Shown here: positions 1 to 10,079 of the stretch, piece by piece | Layout: each line of letters opens with the position of its first letter | Position numbering within the stretch: the first letter of the stretch is position 1 | IMG/VR virus record: IMGVR_UViG_3300032116_000002 | From: a virus | Lineage: Duplodnaviria; Caudoviricetes | Direction: 5' to 3' (one strand) | Length of the DNA: 64,000 nt | The notes under the pieces: generated by a model | The model's database searches: none | What the model saw: only the letters and a program-made list of their open reading frames with translations | What the model was told of the DNA's origin: nothing | Program-made: the position numbers and the translations under genes

Positions 1-328
1 GAATCTTAAAATTTCAGATAGCGTAATAAACAAAGTAAATGAATTAATTGCTGAAGAACAAAACCCAGATTTAAAACTTAGAGTGTTTGTCCAAGGAGGC
101 GGGTGCAGTGGCTTTCAATATGGGTTCACTTTTGATGAAGTTATGAATGAAGATGACTTTGAAATCCAAGCAGGGGAGTTAAAAGTGCTTGTGGATAGCA
201 TGTCTGCACAGTATCTCTATGAGGCTGAGATTGACTATACAGAAGATTTGCAGGGTGCCAGCTTCAAAATCAAGAACCCAAACGCTCAAACGACTTGTGG
301 ATGCGGATCTAGCTTTAATCCTTTCTGA
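1..328 (+). CDS. erpA: Fe-S cluster insertion protein ErpA/IscA (HesB family), 5' end truncated by window edge
   Basis: Frame is open back to base 2 ([40 protein letters not shown]); GGCSG and C-terminal TCGCGSSF motifs. Confidence 0.93.
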   Translation, partial: NLKISDSVINKVNELIAEEQNPDLKLRVFVQGGGCSGFQYGFTFDEVMNEDDFEIQAGELKVLVDSMSAQYLYEAEIDYTEDLQGASFKIKNPNAQTTCGCGSSFNPF

Positions 329-334
329 TAAATA
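328..334 (+). promoter_or_regulatory. T4-type late promoter-like element (ATAAATA)
   Basis: ATAAATA 19 nt before the ATG of a structural gene; resembles the T4 gp55 TATAAATA consensus. Confidence 0.55.
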
Positions 335-352
335 CTAGATAAGGGGTTATAG

Positions 353-2491
353 ATGGCTATTTCAGGACAAAAACTAGTCAATATAGGGATACAGAATCAA
401 GCAAGCAACAGTGATTCCCTATATACTGCGTTTAATAAAATACAAGATAATTTTTCCAATCTGTTTGCTAAGGCGAGTCCTTACAATACATTCACAGGTA
501 ACATTGGAATCTCTACAGAAACTAATGAAGTTACTGGTACAGTAACAATAACCAACACTGGTGTCACAAAAATAACTCCGGGTACCGGTATCACACTAAG
601 TGGTAGCAACGGAGAAGTTGTTGTAAGTGTTTCTGGAAATGTCACAGGTAATCTAGTAGCTGGTGTAACAAGAGTTGGAGTATTAAGTAACAGTCTTACT
701 GTATCAAACAACCAAATTGTCAGCACTGGTAACATTGAAATTGAAATGCCTAAGACAGGCATTACTGCTGGTCAATATACAGCCCCAACTGTTACAGTAG
801 ATGAATACGGTCGTATCACAAATATTGCTAATACAATTAGCACGGGAACAGTTACAAGTGTAGCGGTAGCTCCAGGTAATGGTATCGCAGTATCAGGTAG
901 TCCAATCACAAGTGATGGTGTTATAACGATTGTTAACACAGGTGTTACACGATTAACTGCTGGCACAGGTATAACTTTAAGTGGTAGTAATGGTGCGGTT
1001 ACTATTAGTGCCGGTATCACAAGAGACATAGGAACAGTAACTAGCGTAGGTATTTCTAGTAATACATTATCAGTTGCAGGTGGTAGAGTAACGACCTCAG
1101 GTAATATCATCGTAGAACTACCGGATAACTTAAGTGTTGTTGGTAACATTGATTCCAGAAATTTAATTTGGGATGAAGGTAACGCTAAAACTATAGCAAA
1201 TAGTAAGTTTGAATCTACAATAGAAACACAATTAGGTAATGTTGGTACTATTAAAATTGCAGGTGGTACTAATGGTCAAGTATTGCAAACAGATGGAACT
1301 GGAAATCTGACATGGACAACATTACCAACACCTAATATTCCTGCAGCAGTAGTAGCAGGTGGTAGCAACACACAAATTCAATTTAATAATGGTGGCACGT
1401 TTAGCGGGCACTCTGGATTAACTTATAACAGAATCACAGGTAGATTAACAGCTACCTCATTGAACGTAAATTCAGATTCAGTAATTACTGGTAACATTAC
1501 CGTTAATGGTAATAACTCAGTAATCAATACCTTGGCAGTTCTTAATGGCGCTGAAGTTGATGGGAACGTCACGATAGGTGGTGCGGTAACAGCAAACGCA
1601 TTAAACATTCTCGGTTCCGGTAGACTTACAGGTAATTTATCAGTTCAAGGATTTATATCTGCTACCAAACCAATTACAGGAACAAATAATGCTCAAGTTG
1701 CTACAACATCATTTGTAGCAGAAGCAATTAATGTAGTAAACAACCAAAAAGCAAATGTAAATAGTCCTGCTTTCAGTGGAGTACCAACAGCGCCTACAGC
1801 AAATACAGCAGGTGCCGGCACTACTCAAATTGCTACAACTGAATATGTAAAATCTGTAGTTAATAATACATTAATAAGCCCAGTAAGTGGATATGTGATT
1901 CCAAGTGGTGTTATAGTTATGTGGTCGGGTTCCATTGTAAACATTCCTAGTGGTTGGAAACTATGTGACGGTACTAATGGTACACCTAACTTACGTGATA
2001 GATTTGTATTAGGTGCAGGTGGTGCTTACGCGGTAGGTGCAACAGGTGGAAGTGCAAATGCTATAGTGCCAAGTCATACACACTCTGCTATTTCTACATT
2101 CACTGGATATAACTTACCTACTCATACTCACAACATTACAGACACAGGACATGATCACCGCGTGAGAGATCCTGGTCACTATCATGACTTGAAGGGCGAT
2201 CAAGGTACACAGTTTTATGCAATCAATGATAGAAATAATATCCCTAAAGACACTGGATCATTTAGAGCGCAGGGCCCTAGCGCAAGTCGTGATGCTCAAT
2301 ATTTACCTTTTACTAGCCCTACCTTTACTGGAATTGGCGTAGATAGAAATGCTACAGGAATAACCATAAATGCTGCTAGTGCTGGCACACCAGGAGGTAC
2401 TGTAGCAACAGTAATAGATTCTACCGGATCTAGTGTATCAAATGCAAATATGCCACCGTATTACGCACTCTGCTTTATCATGAAAACCTAA
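353..2491 (+). CDS. Tail fibre/baseplate-type structural protein with C-terminal tail-collar domain
   Basis: N-terminal SDSLYTAFNKIQDNF resembles T4 gp9/gp10 N-termini; G/T/N-rich repeats; C-terminal GVIVMWSGS..PSGWKLCDGTNGTPNLRDRFVLGAG tail-collar motif. Confidence 0.8.
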   Translation: MAISGQKLVNIGIQNQASNSDSLYTAFNKIQDNFSNLFAKASPYNTFTGNIGISTETNEVTGTVTITNTGVTKITPGTGITLSGSNGEVVVSVSGNVTGNLVAGVTRVGVLSNSLTVSNNQIVSTGNIEIEMPKTGITAGQYTAPTVTVDEYGRITNIANTISTGTVTSVAVAPGNGIAVSGSPITSDGVITIVNTGVTRLTAGTGITLSGSNGAVTISAGITRDIGTVTSVGISSNTLSVAGGRVTTSGNIIVELPDNLSVVGNIDSRNLIWDEGNAKTIANSKFESTIETQLGNVGTIKIAGGTNGQVLQTDGTGNLTWTTLPTPNIPAAVVAGGSNTQIQFNNGGTFSGHSGLTYNRITGRLTATSLNVNSDSVITGNITVNGNNSVINTLAVLNGAEVDGNVTIGGAVTANALNILGSGRLTGNLSVQGFISATKPITGTNNAQVATTSFVAEAINVVNNQKANVNSPAFSGVPTAPTANTAGAGTTQIATTEYVKSVVNNTLISPVSGYVIPSGVIVMWSGSIVNIPSGWKLCDGTNGTPNLRDRFVLGAGGAYAVGATGGSANAIVPSHTHSAISTFTGYNLPTHTHNITDTGHDHRVRDPGHYHDLKGDQGTQFYAINDRNNIPKDTGSFRAQGPSASRDAQYLPFTSPTFTGIGVDRNATGITINAASAGTPGGTVATVIDSTGSSVSNANMPPYYALCFIMKT

Positions 2492-2521
2492 TTTTTGGTG
2501 ACTCTTTTTCCCTGTATTTTG

Positions 2522-2528
2522 ATAAATA
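2522..2528 (+). promoter_or_regulatory. T4-type late promoter-like element (ATAAATA)
   Basis: ATAAATA followed by SD AAGGAG and the ATG at 2549. Confidence 0.55.
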
Positions 2529-2548
2529 CAGTATAAGGAGTCACTAAA

Positions 2549-5500
2549 ATGGCACAACAAATTCCAGTACAAACAATAATAGATCCTAAAACAGATACGG
2601 GATTAACCAACTATAATACAACGATTTCCAAGGTTCCTACGAACGCAGCGAACGTTTTCGTTACCAGTGTTACAAACAACACGACCCAAATTAACACACA
2701 GGTGTTCCAAACTCAAACAAACGCTAACGCAGCGGCTGGGGCATCTACTCAAGTACAATTTAACGACCGCGGGATACTAGCAGGTAGCCCGGGTTTCACA
2801 TACAACACTAATACAAGTTCATTAATTGTAACGGGGAACGTCACTACAAGTACGATTCGTACTAACACATTGCTATATCAAAATGGCGATCCAATGATGT
2901 TTTCGTATTCTAATGCGAATGTAACTAGCTTCTTACCAACATATGGTGGCAATTTAAGCGCAACGCAAGTAACAGCATTAAACTTTGTGGGTAACGGTGC
3001 GTTATTAAGTAATATCACAGGCTCAACTGTTACTGGTACAGTTGCATCTGCTAATTATGCGACTGAATCTAACAGAGCTAATACAGTAATGTCAGCTAGT
3101 CAGCCAAACATTACTAGTGTTGGCACATTATTAAATCTAACAGTTGAAGGAAGTGTACAAGCTAACAATATTTCAGCAACAAACTCAATATTTGCTAACA
3201 GAATTGCAGGTGATGGTGCCAACATTAGCAATATCACTGGTGCATTTGTTACTGGAGTAGTTGCTAATGCTAATTACGCTGCATTATCAGGAACAGCAAA
3301 CACTGTTAGCACTTCTGCTCAACCTAATATTACTAGTGTTGGTATACTAACTGGATTACAAGTTGGTGGTAACCTATTAGTAAGCAATGCAGATTTAGGT
3401 AACATGGTTTATGCTAACCATTACAGCGGTAATGGTAGTATGCTTAATAATTTAACCGGTGCTAATGTAACTGGTGTAGTACCAATGGCAGAAGAATCGA
3501 ATGTGGCAGTAAACGTTAGTTCAAGTAGCCAGCCAAACATTACAAGTGTTGGTACACTAACAAGCTTAACAGTGACAGGTGCAATTACAGGAAGCAATGT
3601 AAACTTTGACACAGTTAACGCACAGTTCTTAGTAGGCGATGGCGGTAACATTACAGATATTGCTGCAACAGAAATCGTTGGTACAGTTGCTAATGCAACT
3701 CATGCCGCAGTAGCAGCAACAGCTAATACAGTAGCTGGTGCTAATGTAACTGGAACAGTTGCTAATGCTACACATTCAAATACTTCAGCAGTTGCTTATA
3801 GTGTTGCTGGTGCTAACGTTACCGGAACAGTAGCAGATGCAGCACATGCAATCGTTGCTGATAGTGCTAATAGTGTTGCAGGTGCAGACGTAACTGGTAC
3901 CGTAGCAAATGCAACCCATGCAATTAGTTCAGATAGTGCAAGTAGTGTTGCTGGTGCTAACGTTACAGGTCAAGTGTCCAATGCATTAGTTTCTGGCACG
4001 GTTTATACAAATGCACAGCCAAACATTACAAGTGTTGGCACATTAACTAGCTTATCTGTAACAGGAAATGTAAGCGCAGGTAACATAACAGTATCCGGAG
4101 CAATTAGTGCTGCAAGTGTAGCAGGTGATGCTATTAACCTAAGTAATATTCCCGGTGCTAATGTAGCAGGTACTGTTGCAAATGCAGCATATTCCACAAC
4201 AGCAGGTGTAGTAAGTATTAGTTCACAACCAAACATCACTAGTGTTGGTACATTGACAACGGTTGAAGTACTAACATCAGCAAACGTTGGCCAATTAAAT
4301 GCAAACGGTAATGTATCAGGTAATGTAATAAGTGGTAATTTATTTGTAGGCAGTGGCGCTAACTTAACAAACATACCAGCAGCAAATATTTCTGGAACTG
4401 TAGCCAATGCTACTTATGCTGTTAATGCCAATGCAGCTAATGCATCACTTGTAGCAGCAACAGTTACAGACAGTAGCCAACCTAACATTACTAGTGTTGG
4501 TACTCTAGCAAGTGTTACTGTATCCGGAGTGTCCAACTTTGGTGCAGTAGGAAATGTTAAGATTACAGGCGGTGCTAGTGGTCAAGCACTCGTAACAGAC
4601 GGTGCAGGTAATCTAAGCTTCTCAACCGTCGCTACAGAATCATATGTTACTTCAGAAATTTCTAATGTGATTAATGGTGCACCTGGTGCACTGAACACAT
4701 TAAATGAATTAGCAAATGCATTAGCAAATGATGCTAGCTATTCAACCACAATCACAAACGCATTAGCTTTAAAAGCCGACAGTTCTAGTTTGGCAACAGT
4801 AGCGACTAGTGGTAGTTACAGTGACTTAACAAACAAGCCAACATTATTTGATGGTGCATATAGTAGTTTAACTGGATCACCAACACTAGCTACAGTAGCA
4901 ACAAGTGGTAGCTACAATGATTTAAATGACAAACCAAGCATACCTAGCTTAACTGGCTACGCTACAGAAACTTATGTAACAACCTCATTAACTTGGTCTA
5001 ACGTAAGTAGTAAGCCAACATTTGCTACAGTTGCAACAAGTGGTGCATATGCAGACTTAAGTGGTCTACCAACATTGGGTAATATTGCTAGTGCAAACTT
5101 CGATGGTAGTGCAAGTAACGTATTATATGGCAATGGTGTATTCGCTGCTGCGACTGGTGGCGGCGGTGGCATCACACTAACCAGCTTAAGTGTATCATCA
5201 ACTACAGCATCCGGTGGTGGAAGTCTATCATATGACAATACAACGGGCGCATTTACATTTGCTCCTGCAAGTATCCCAAGCTTAGCTACAGTAGCAACAA
5301 GTGGTAGCTATAGTGACTTAACAAACAAGCCAGCATTGTTTGATGGGGCTTATACTAGCTTGACTGGAGCACCAGCATTATTCGACGGTGCGTATTCTAG
5401 TTTAACAGGAGCACCTAGCTTAGCTACAGTTGCAACAAGTGGTGCATATAGTGACTTAAGTGGTACCCCAACATTAGCTACAGTAGCAACAAGTGGTAGC

Positions 5501-5683
5501 TATGATGACTTAAGTGACAAGCCAAGTATACCAAGTATCACTGGTCTATTAAGTTGGACTACAGCGCCAGCTACCGCAGCTTCAACGGGAACTACGGGTC
5601 AGATAGCGTATGATTCAGGATATCTATATGTATGTGTATCTACAGATACTTGGGTGCGCACTGCATTAAGTACATGGTCGTAA
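2549..5683 (+). CDS. Long repetitive tail-fibre-like protein (1044 aa)
   Basis: 6x QPNITSVG, multiple AGANVTGTVANA, 6x ATVATSG(S/A)YxDL, 3x LFDGAYxSLTG; C-terminal GTTGQIAYDSGYLYVCVSTDTWVR cap. Confidence 0.75.
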   Translation: MAQQIPVQTIIDPKTDTGLTNYNTTISKVPTNAANVFVTSVTNNTTQINTQVFQTQTNANAAAGASTQVQFNDRGILAGSPGFTYNTNTSSLIVTGNVTTSTIRTNTLLYQNGDPMMFSYSNANVTSFLPTYGGNLSATQVTALNFVGNGALLSNITGSTVTGTVASANYATESNRANTVMSASQPNITSVGTLLNLTVEGSVQANNISATNSIFANRIAGDGANISNITGAFVTGVVANANYAALSGTANTVSTSAQPNITSVGILTGLQVGGNLLVSNADLGNMVYANHYSGNGSMLNNLTGANVTGVVPMAEESNVAVNVSSSSQPNITSVGTLTSLTVTGAITGSNVNFDTVNAQFLVGDGGNITDIAATEIVGTVANATHAAVAATANTVAGANVTGTVANATHSNTSAVAYSVAGANVTGTVADAAHAIVADSANSVAGADVTGTVANATHAISSDSASSVAGANVTGQVSNALVSGTVYTNAQPNITSVGTLTSLSVTGNVSAGNITVSGAISAASVAGDAINLSNIPGANVAGTVANAAYSTTAGVVSISSQPNITSVGTLTTVEVLTSANVGQLNANGNVSGNVISGNLFVGSGANLTNIPAANISGTVANATYAVNANAANASLVAATVTDSSQPNITSVGTLASVTVSGVSNFGAVGNVKITGGASGQALVTDGAGNLSFSTVATESYVTSEISNVINGAPGALNTLNELANALANDASYSTTITNALALKADSSSLATVATSGSYSDLTNKPTLFDGAYSSLTGSPTLATVATSGSYNDLNDKPSIPSLTGYATETYVTTSLTWSNVSSKPTFATVATSGAYADLSGLPTLGNIASANFDGSASNVLYGNGVFAAATGGGGGITLTSLSVSSTTASGGGSLSYDNTTGAFTFAPASIPSLATVATSGSYSDLTNKPALFDGAYTSLTGAPALFDGAYSSLTGAPSLATVATSGAYSDLSGTPTLATVATSGSYDDLSDKPSIPSITGLLSWTTAPATAASTGTTGQIAYDSGYLYVCVSTDTWVRTALSTWS

Positions 5684-5698
5684 TTTTTAGTACCCATT

Positions 5699-5724
5699 AA
5701 AAAAGCCCCGTAAGGGGCTTTTTT
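5699..5724. terminator. Bidirectional intrinsic terminator
   Basis: AAAAAAGCCCC-GTAA-GGGGCTTTTT between convergent genes. Confidence 0.9.
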
Positions 5725-5941
5725 ATTTTACTTGTTTAAGCATGTGATCAGAATATTTATTGTCACACATTGATATAACATCACTAAACGGCCATTCTAA
5801 ATAAAACGGACAACCGTTCTCCCACTTACTATTCTTTTTGAAAAACTTAAGTTCGTTCAAATCCTCACGTTTACTCGGATCAAAATAGCGTCTGCGTTGT
5901 GCAAACCTATGTAGTACAGTTATGTGTTCATAACTGTTCAT
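5723..5941 (-). CDS. Hypothetical phage protein
   Basis: Tightly packed ORF in the early-gene array. Confidence 0.7.
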   Translation of the reverse strand: MNSYEHITVLHRFAQRRRYFDPSKREDLNELKFFKKNSKWENGCPFYLEWPFSDVISMCDNKYSDHMLKQVK

Positions 5942-6129
5942 TAACTACGTTCCATTTGTGTAGCTTCGGTAATAAGTGCGGTGACTTGATTAAGATCGTT
6001 ACATAAAATCTTTACACTAGTCCAATCGTCGTTATCATCTCTACCGCTTATTTCAAAAAGAAAACCATTGTCGTACATGCGGATACTCATATCCTCATCG
6101 ACTTTGGCTAGTTTATCAGAAATTTTCAT
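5941..6129 (-). CDS. Hypothetical phage protein
   Basis: SD (AGGAG) and stop/start overlap with the next gene. Confidence 0.7.
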   Translation of the reverse strand: MKISDKLAKVDEDMSIRMYDNGFLFEISGRDDNDDWTSVKILCNDLNQVTALITEATQMERS

Positions 6130-6176
6130 TCATACTCCTAAGGAAAGATAGGGGCAACAAGTGCCCCTGTATACAA

Positions 6177-6527
6177 TTATTCAACCGTTGCAGTTGCTTT
6201 GCCGCGGGCTTTGATTGCGTTGAGGCTTGGCTTCGGTGCCTTAGTAGCCTTAACTTTAACTTCGCCACTCTTTGCAGTCTTTTCACGATCTGCAAGGCTG
6301 TCAGCGATGAGTGCCTGATCGTCAGGGCTCTGAAAATCCTGATGACCTTGTAGATACTTGAGTGCATCTACCTTACTCATTGCACTAGGCAATTCCATCA
6401 AATCGATGCGAGTTGCACCGCCCTTAGTAAACTGCTTAACACGGCGAATCAAATCATCAGTAAAGCGAACCTTACTGTTACCGTTGTGAGTTGTGATACC
6501 TGCTACTTTGAACACTTGCTCAGTCAT
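6177..6527 (-). CDS. Hypothetical phage protein
   Basis: SD AGAGG; immediately downstream of a sigma70-type promoter. Confidence 0.75.
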   Translation of the reverse strand: MTEQVFKVAGITTHNGNSKVRFTDDLIRRVKQFTKGGATRIDLMELPSAMSKVDALKYLQGHQDFQSPDDQALIADSLADREKTAKSGEVKVKATKAPKPSLNAIKARGKATATVE

Positions 6528-6587
6528 ACATAGACCTCTTAAGGTTAGTTAATAATAAAATTAAAATGTGTTTATCACACAAGTATA

Positions 6588-6616
6588 ATGATAACACCGA
6601 TTCTTTTTAATGTCAA
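6588..6616 (-). promoter_or_regulatory. Sigma70-type promoter TTGACA-N17-TATCAT
   Basis: Read directly on the minus strand. Confidence 0.75.
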
Positions 6617-6640
6617 CAATCGGTGTTACCAAAATCAGAT

Positions 6641-7054
6641 TTAGTTGCCCAAAACGTAGGGTTTATTCCAACGACCAATGTTAACATCGATATACCAGCC
6701 CACATCAAAATAATCGGTTTGGATATCCGAGTTATCGTGGTTGCCGTCGTTCATTGCATGTAGAATTTCACGCAGGAACTGTTTGGCAACACCATCGAAA
6801 TGTTCATGATACCAAAACGGGTTAACATCGATATAATCTACTGCAGGGCGAAAACCACCGTATTGTGCGTAACGTGGGTTGTCAATATTGAAACTATTGT
6901 AGTTGCCAATAAAATCAATTGCACCCGACTTGATGGTCAAGCAAAGGGTCATGTGATTACGGACACTTAGTGAACCCTTAACACCATACTTTTTAAGAAT
7001 TGCCTTAACGACTGGGGCGATTTTTGCTTTACGTTCCTGAGACATGTATGCCAT
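6641..7054 (-). CDS. Conserved phage hypothetical protein (possibly LPD29-like)
   Basis: C-terminal DNSDIQTDYFDVGWY resembles large-polyvalent-protein-associated domains; family call from memory only. Confidence 0.6.
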   Translation of the reverse strand: MAYMSQERKAKIAPVVKAILKKYGVKGSLSVRNHMTLCLTIKSGAIDFIGNYNSFNIDNPRYAQYGGFRPAVDYIDVNPFWYHEHFDGVAKQFLREILHAMNDGNHDNSDIQTDYFDVGWYIDVNIGRWNKPYVLGN

Positions 7055-7086
7055 TTGTTGCTCCTTGTTTGTCAGTTAATGTAGCT

Positions 7087-7115
7087 ATTATATATCCGAA
7101 CCGATTTATTGTCAA
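7087..7115 (-). promoter_or_regulatory. Sigma70-type promoter TTGACA-N17-TATAAT
   Basis: Perfect consensus; spacer starts ATAAATCGG. Confidence 0.9.
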
Positions 7116-7312
7116 CCAAAATTAAATTCTAATACCAAAAGAATTTGTTCGGCCACAGTGACGCAAGCTTCCGGGCATTTTAGCAGTAACAGTTTTTGGG
7201 GTTTTTTGTGGCTTGCAAATAACTACTTTGTAACCCTCAGTACTTACATATTCAACAATTACTTTTTTGTTAACGGTTTTCATAACTAGCCCTTTATCAA
7301 GTTAGTAAAGCT

Positions 7313-7341
7313 ATTATATACCCAAACCGATTTATTGTCAA
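7313..7341 (-). promoter_or_regulatory. Sigma70-type promoter TTGACA-N17-TATAAT
   Basis: Perfect consensus; spacer starts ATAAATCGG. Confidence 0.9.
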
Positions 7342-7571
7342 GTTTTGGGCGTGTTTCTTGAGGGAAACTTTTTGCACCACATACATTTCTCACTTTTATT
7401 TCCGTAGAAATATAAGCCCGTATCGGGAAACTTTTGTTTACATGCCTTACATGTAAACACTTTCATTTCCACTTCTGTTTCTTTTTTAGCAACCTTTTTA
7501 GGCGTTACTTTCTTCGCTGGTGTTTCCTTCGCTACTGACTTTTTGGGTAATGGCATGTAATCTATCCGCAC
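7338..7571 (-). CDS. Small basic protein with two CxxC pairs
   Basis: Lys-rich N-terminus, CKAC and CMWC; start uncertain. Confidence 0.5.
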   Translation of the reverse strand: MRIDYMPLPKKSVAKETPAKKVTPKKVAKKETEVEMKVFTCKACKQKFPDTGLYFYGNKSEKCMWCKKFPSRNTPKT

Positions 7572-7994
7572 AGTTTCGAATGTCCTCGCTAAGCTTGCCT
7601 ACACCAATATTGGATTCGACAAACCTAGCGATATTGTGTAATTCTATAACTGCACTTTCATTAGTTGTATCCAACTTCGTAGTCCTCTGGTTCTAGCATA
7701 TCTGCCTCAAGTACAGCATCCTGATAGGTATTTGCTTCTAGTTGAATTACTTGACCATCAGCAAAACATGCCATATAGCCACCTGTTGCAGGATCAGATT
7801 CAACACTTACTAGAAAATTTCCCATTACATAGTCCTCTTAATATAGTTGATAACAGCCATTGCTTCAGTAAAATCAGTAATGTTATCATCGGTGTTACTT
7901 TCAATAACAGCCATTACTTGACGTTTACGATTCAACCCACTGAATGTGACGGTTGTGTTTAAAACTTTATAATCATTGTCTTTGTACGTACCCA

Positions 7995-8144
7995 TTATTG
8001 CTCCTTTGTTTTAACAGTTTCTTTTTTCTCTGGCATCATAGTACTAGTGTACTCTGCCGATTTCTGTATGTCTTTACCCATGCCTGCAATTGTGTTACAA
8101 GCGGTCAAAGAAAACATTGCAATAAATGCTACTATAATTTTCAT
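7995..8144 (-). CDS. Entericidin EcnA/EcnB-family lipoprotein (49 aa, not in ORF track)
   Basis: Hand-translated: MKIIVAFIAMFSLTACNTIAGMGKDIQKSAEYTSTMMPEKKETVKTKEQ; lipobox LTA-C followed by CNTxxGxGxDI. Confidence 0.8.
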   Translation of the reverse strand: MKIIVAFIAMFSLTACNTIAGMGKDIQKSAEYTSTMMPEKKETVKTKEQ

Positions 8145-8145
8145 A

Positions 8146-8439
8146 TCAATCCCACTCCTTGTGATCACCTAACTTTTCGTTATAATCATAACCATCCATG
8201 TACTCAGTAATTTCTTCCCTAGTAAGTTTAATTACTCTAGTACCATTCCCAGTCCCTTCGGGGTACCAATGAGGATCACGCGGGCGGCGATAATAACTAT
8301 CAGCACGACCTCGGTCATACAAACCACCGTGACGGTTACGGTCAAATTGCGGTTCGTCTTTTAAAATACGAATAACTTTTTCTTTAGTAATTTCCATATT
8401 AATCTCCAAGATAGATACCACCTGCTTGACGGCGCTCAA
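8146..8439 (-). CDS. Hypothetical phage protein
   Basis: Packed ORF; true start may be internal. Confidence 0.65.
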   Translation of the reverse strand: MSAVKQVVSILEINMEITKEKVIRILKDEPQFDRNRHGGLYDRGRADSYYRRPRDPHWYPEGTGNGTRVIKLTREEITEYMDGYDYNEKLGDHKEWD

Positions 8440-8599
8440 GTTCCCATTGACGGTGCAAACGCTTGATCAACCATTGGGTAAAATCTTTGACTGCACCAAA
8501 ATCTTTTACACATACCTTGTGACGCTGGCGAATATCTTTTTCCTGCGCAACATCAAACCCTAGTGACTTGAACAAAGCTAGTTGTCGTTCTGTTAACAT
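8399..8599 (-). CDS. Hypothetical phage protein
   Basis: First ORF after promoter 8631-8659; SD GGAG. Confidence 0.7.
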   Translation of the reverse strand: MLTERQLALFKSLGFDVAQEKDIRQRHKVCVKDFGAVKDFTQWLIKRLHRQWELERRQAGGIYLGD

Positions 8600-8630
8600 G
8601 ATTACTCCGTATCAATCAATCAATACCGTT

Positions 8631-8659
8631 ATTATATGCCCAAACGGATTTATTGTCAA
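8631..8659 (-). promoter_or_regulatory. Sigma70-type promoter TTGACA-N17-TATAAT
   Basis: Perfect consensus; spacer starts ATAAATCCG. Confidence 0.9.
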
Positions 8660-8921
8660 CCGTTATCATATTTGCAATAAATGGATAAATATCATTATGA
8701 CAAGATTACAATTTTATCACTATATAAAGCAATTCATTCTTTATTTTCCTACACCGACATCTTTTGTACTAGGAGTGTTATCACTTACCGGTCCAAGTTA
8801 TATATGTGGGCAACATGGATACGAAATGTCCTTAATGTGGTTTTTAATGAGTTTAGCACATAGTAAAGTATACATTGATTTTGTAGAGCAATACTTTTGC
8901 CCAAACAAACATAAACATTAA

Positions 8922-9167
8922 TTACCTAGATAGCATCTTAGCTAGGTAGTTGTGTATCTCAGCCATTTCCTCATGATCCACATAAAAATCAGTCAATGGA
9001 TCGTAATACTTGCCCTCTTTTGGATCGTAGTACAATACACGACCATCTGAGTAGAAGAAAGGACCCTCTAGACCTTTGCGGGGCTGCCAGCGATTATCAC
9101 GCTCGTTTAAGATTTTGTATGCCATATTATTTGTAGGTTTTAACGTCCCAGATAAGAAACAAACCAA
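8922..9167 (-). CDS. Hypothetical phage protein
   Basis: LEGPFFY..GRVLYYDPKEGKYYDP motif; likely start MAYKIL. Confidence 0.65.
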   Translation of the reverse strand: MVCFLSGTLKPTNNMAYKILNERDNRWQPRKGLEGPFFYSDGRVLYYDPKEGKYYDPLTDFYVDHEEMAEIHNYLAKMLSR

Positions 9168-9302
9168 TGCCTAACCAAAATAGACCCGTCATTACATTAC
9201 CTAATGCAATGTTTACAAGCCCACTCATTACGTTTAGATATCCAATTGAATATCCAATTATAGCACGGTGCTTCCAAAACCAATCTACAATTTTCGTTTT
9301 CA

Positions 9303-9530
9303 TCATTCCACCCCAAAATGTTTTTTAACATCATCAACACAACGGCGAACTTCCCAGTCCTCACGATTTAGGTCGCCCATAAATCGTCTGTTCAATACAC
9401 CAATACAATCCTTGACAATCAGATCCGCAAACTTAAGTATGGCAGTGCGGTCGTACTCATCCATCTCATCCCAACAGCCTTGTGCTGTTAGTCCGGCTTC
9501 GTACATAAGGTCATCAAATTTATTTGTCAT
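9303..9530 (-). CDS. Hypothetical phage protein
   Basis: ATGA-type overlap with upstream ORF. Confidence 0.65.
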   Translation of the reverse strand: MTNKFDDLMYEAGLTAQGCWDEMDEYDRTAILKFADLIVKDCIGVLNRRFMGDLNREDWEVRRCVDDVKKHFGVE

Positions 9531-9754
9531 AGTTTAGTTTTAATACTTTGAATAACTTCCTCTGCCTCATCGGTAGTTTCAACTTGATCGATTATTGCAA
9601 GCTTCATCATTTCAATGAGGCTATAACAATCACGTTGGTCTTGTTTAGGCAGTGTAGATATAAAACTTTCAACACCTTCCATTGTTTCAATAGCCCACAT
9701 GATATCACATAATGCAGCTTGCTTTTCTGTTAAGCCTTCTAGTTCGAATAACAT
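9527..9754 (-). CDS. Hypothetical phage protein
   Basis: SD GGAGG; packed in operon. Confidence 0.7.
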   Translation of the reverse strand: MLFELEGLTEKQAALCDIMWAIETMEGVESFISTLPKQDQRDCYSLIEMMKLAIIDQVETTDEAEEVIQSIKTKL

Positions 9755-9937
9755 TTAGCCTCCGTATATCAGTAATGCTACTATAAAACCGGCTACAAAA
9801 GCAAGCATTAAGTTGACCATTTTGTCGCCAGTTTCAGGACTTGGTGTAGGAATAGCATCGATAAAATTTTCTAAAAATCTTTTCATATTAAAGCCCCCAA
9901 TAGCAATTACACAAAAAATCTGCGGTTTCGTTATCAT
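9755..9937 (-). CDS. Small membrane protein (likely start MKRFLENF)
   Basis: C-terminal hydrophobic segment. Confidence 0.55.
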   Translation of the reverse strand: MITKPQIFCVIAIGGFNMKRFLENFIDAIPTPSPETGDKMVNLMLAFVAGFIVALLIYGG

Positions 9938-10079
9938 ACAAATAACTTAAAGTTTTCCATACAGAATCTTCAACATTATTGTATTCGCGGAAACCCGTGT
10001 AAAGATTTTTAAAATACATTTCATCCCCACGGGCTTCGGTATATCTTTCGGCTCGTTTTAAGAATTCTAGTGTGTACAT
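9888..10079 (-). CDS. Hypothetical phage protein
   Basis: SD GAGG; packed in operon. Confidence 0.6.
   Translation of the reverse strand: MYTLEFLKRAERYTEARGDEMYFKNLYTGFREYNNVEDSVWKTLSYLYDNETADFLCNCYWGL

Noticed and set aside
481-5238. Minus-strand ORFs inside the two fibre genes (481, 772, 1423, 3421, 4003, 4972)
   Set aside because: Antisense shadows of low-complexity G/T/A/N-rich coding sequence; no SD or motifs.
4790-5530. Repeated GCAACAAGTGGT-containing units as a possible CRISPR array or DGR template
   Set aside because: In-frame, degenerate at third positions, irregular spacing; no cas or reverse transcriptase in the window.
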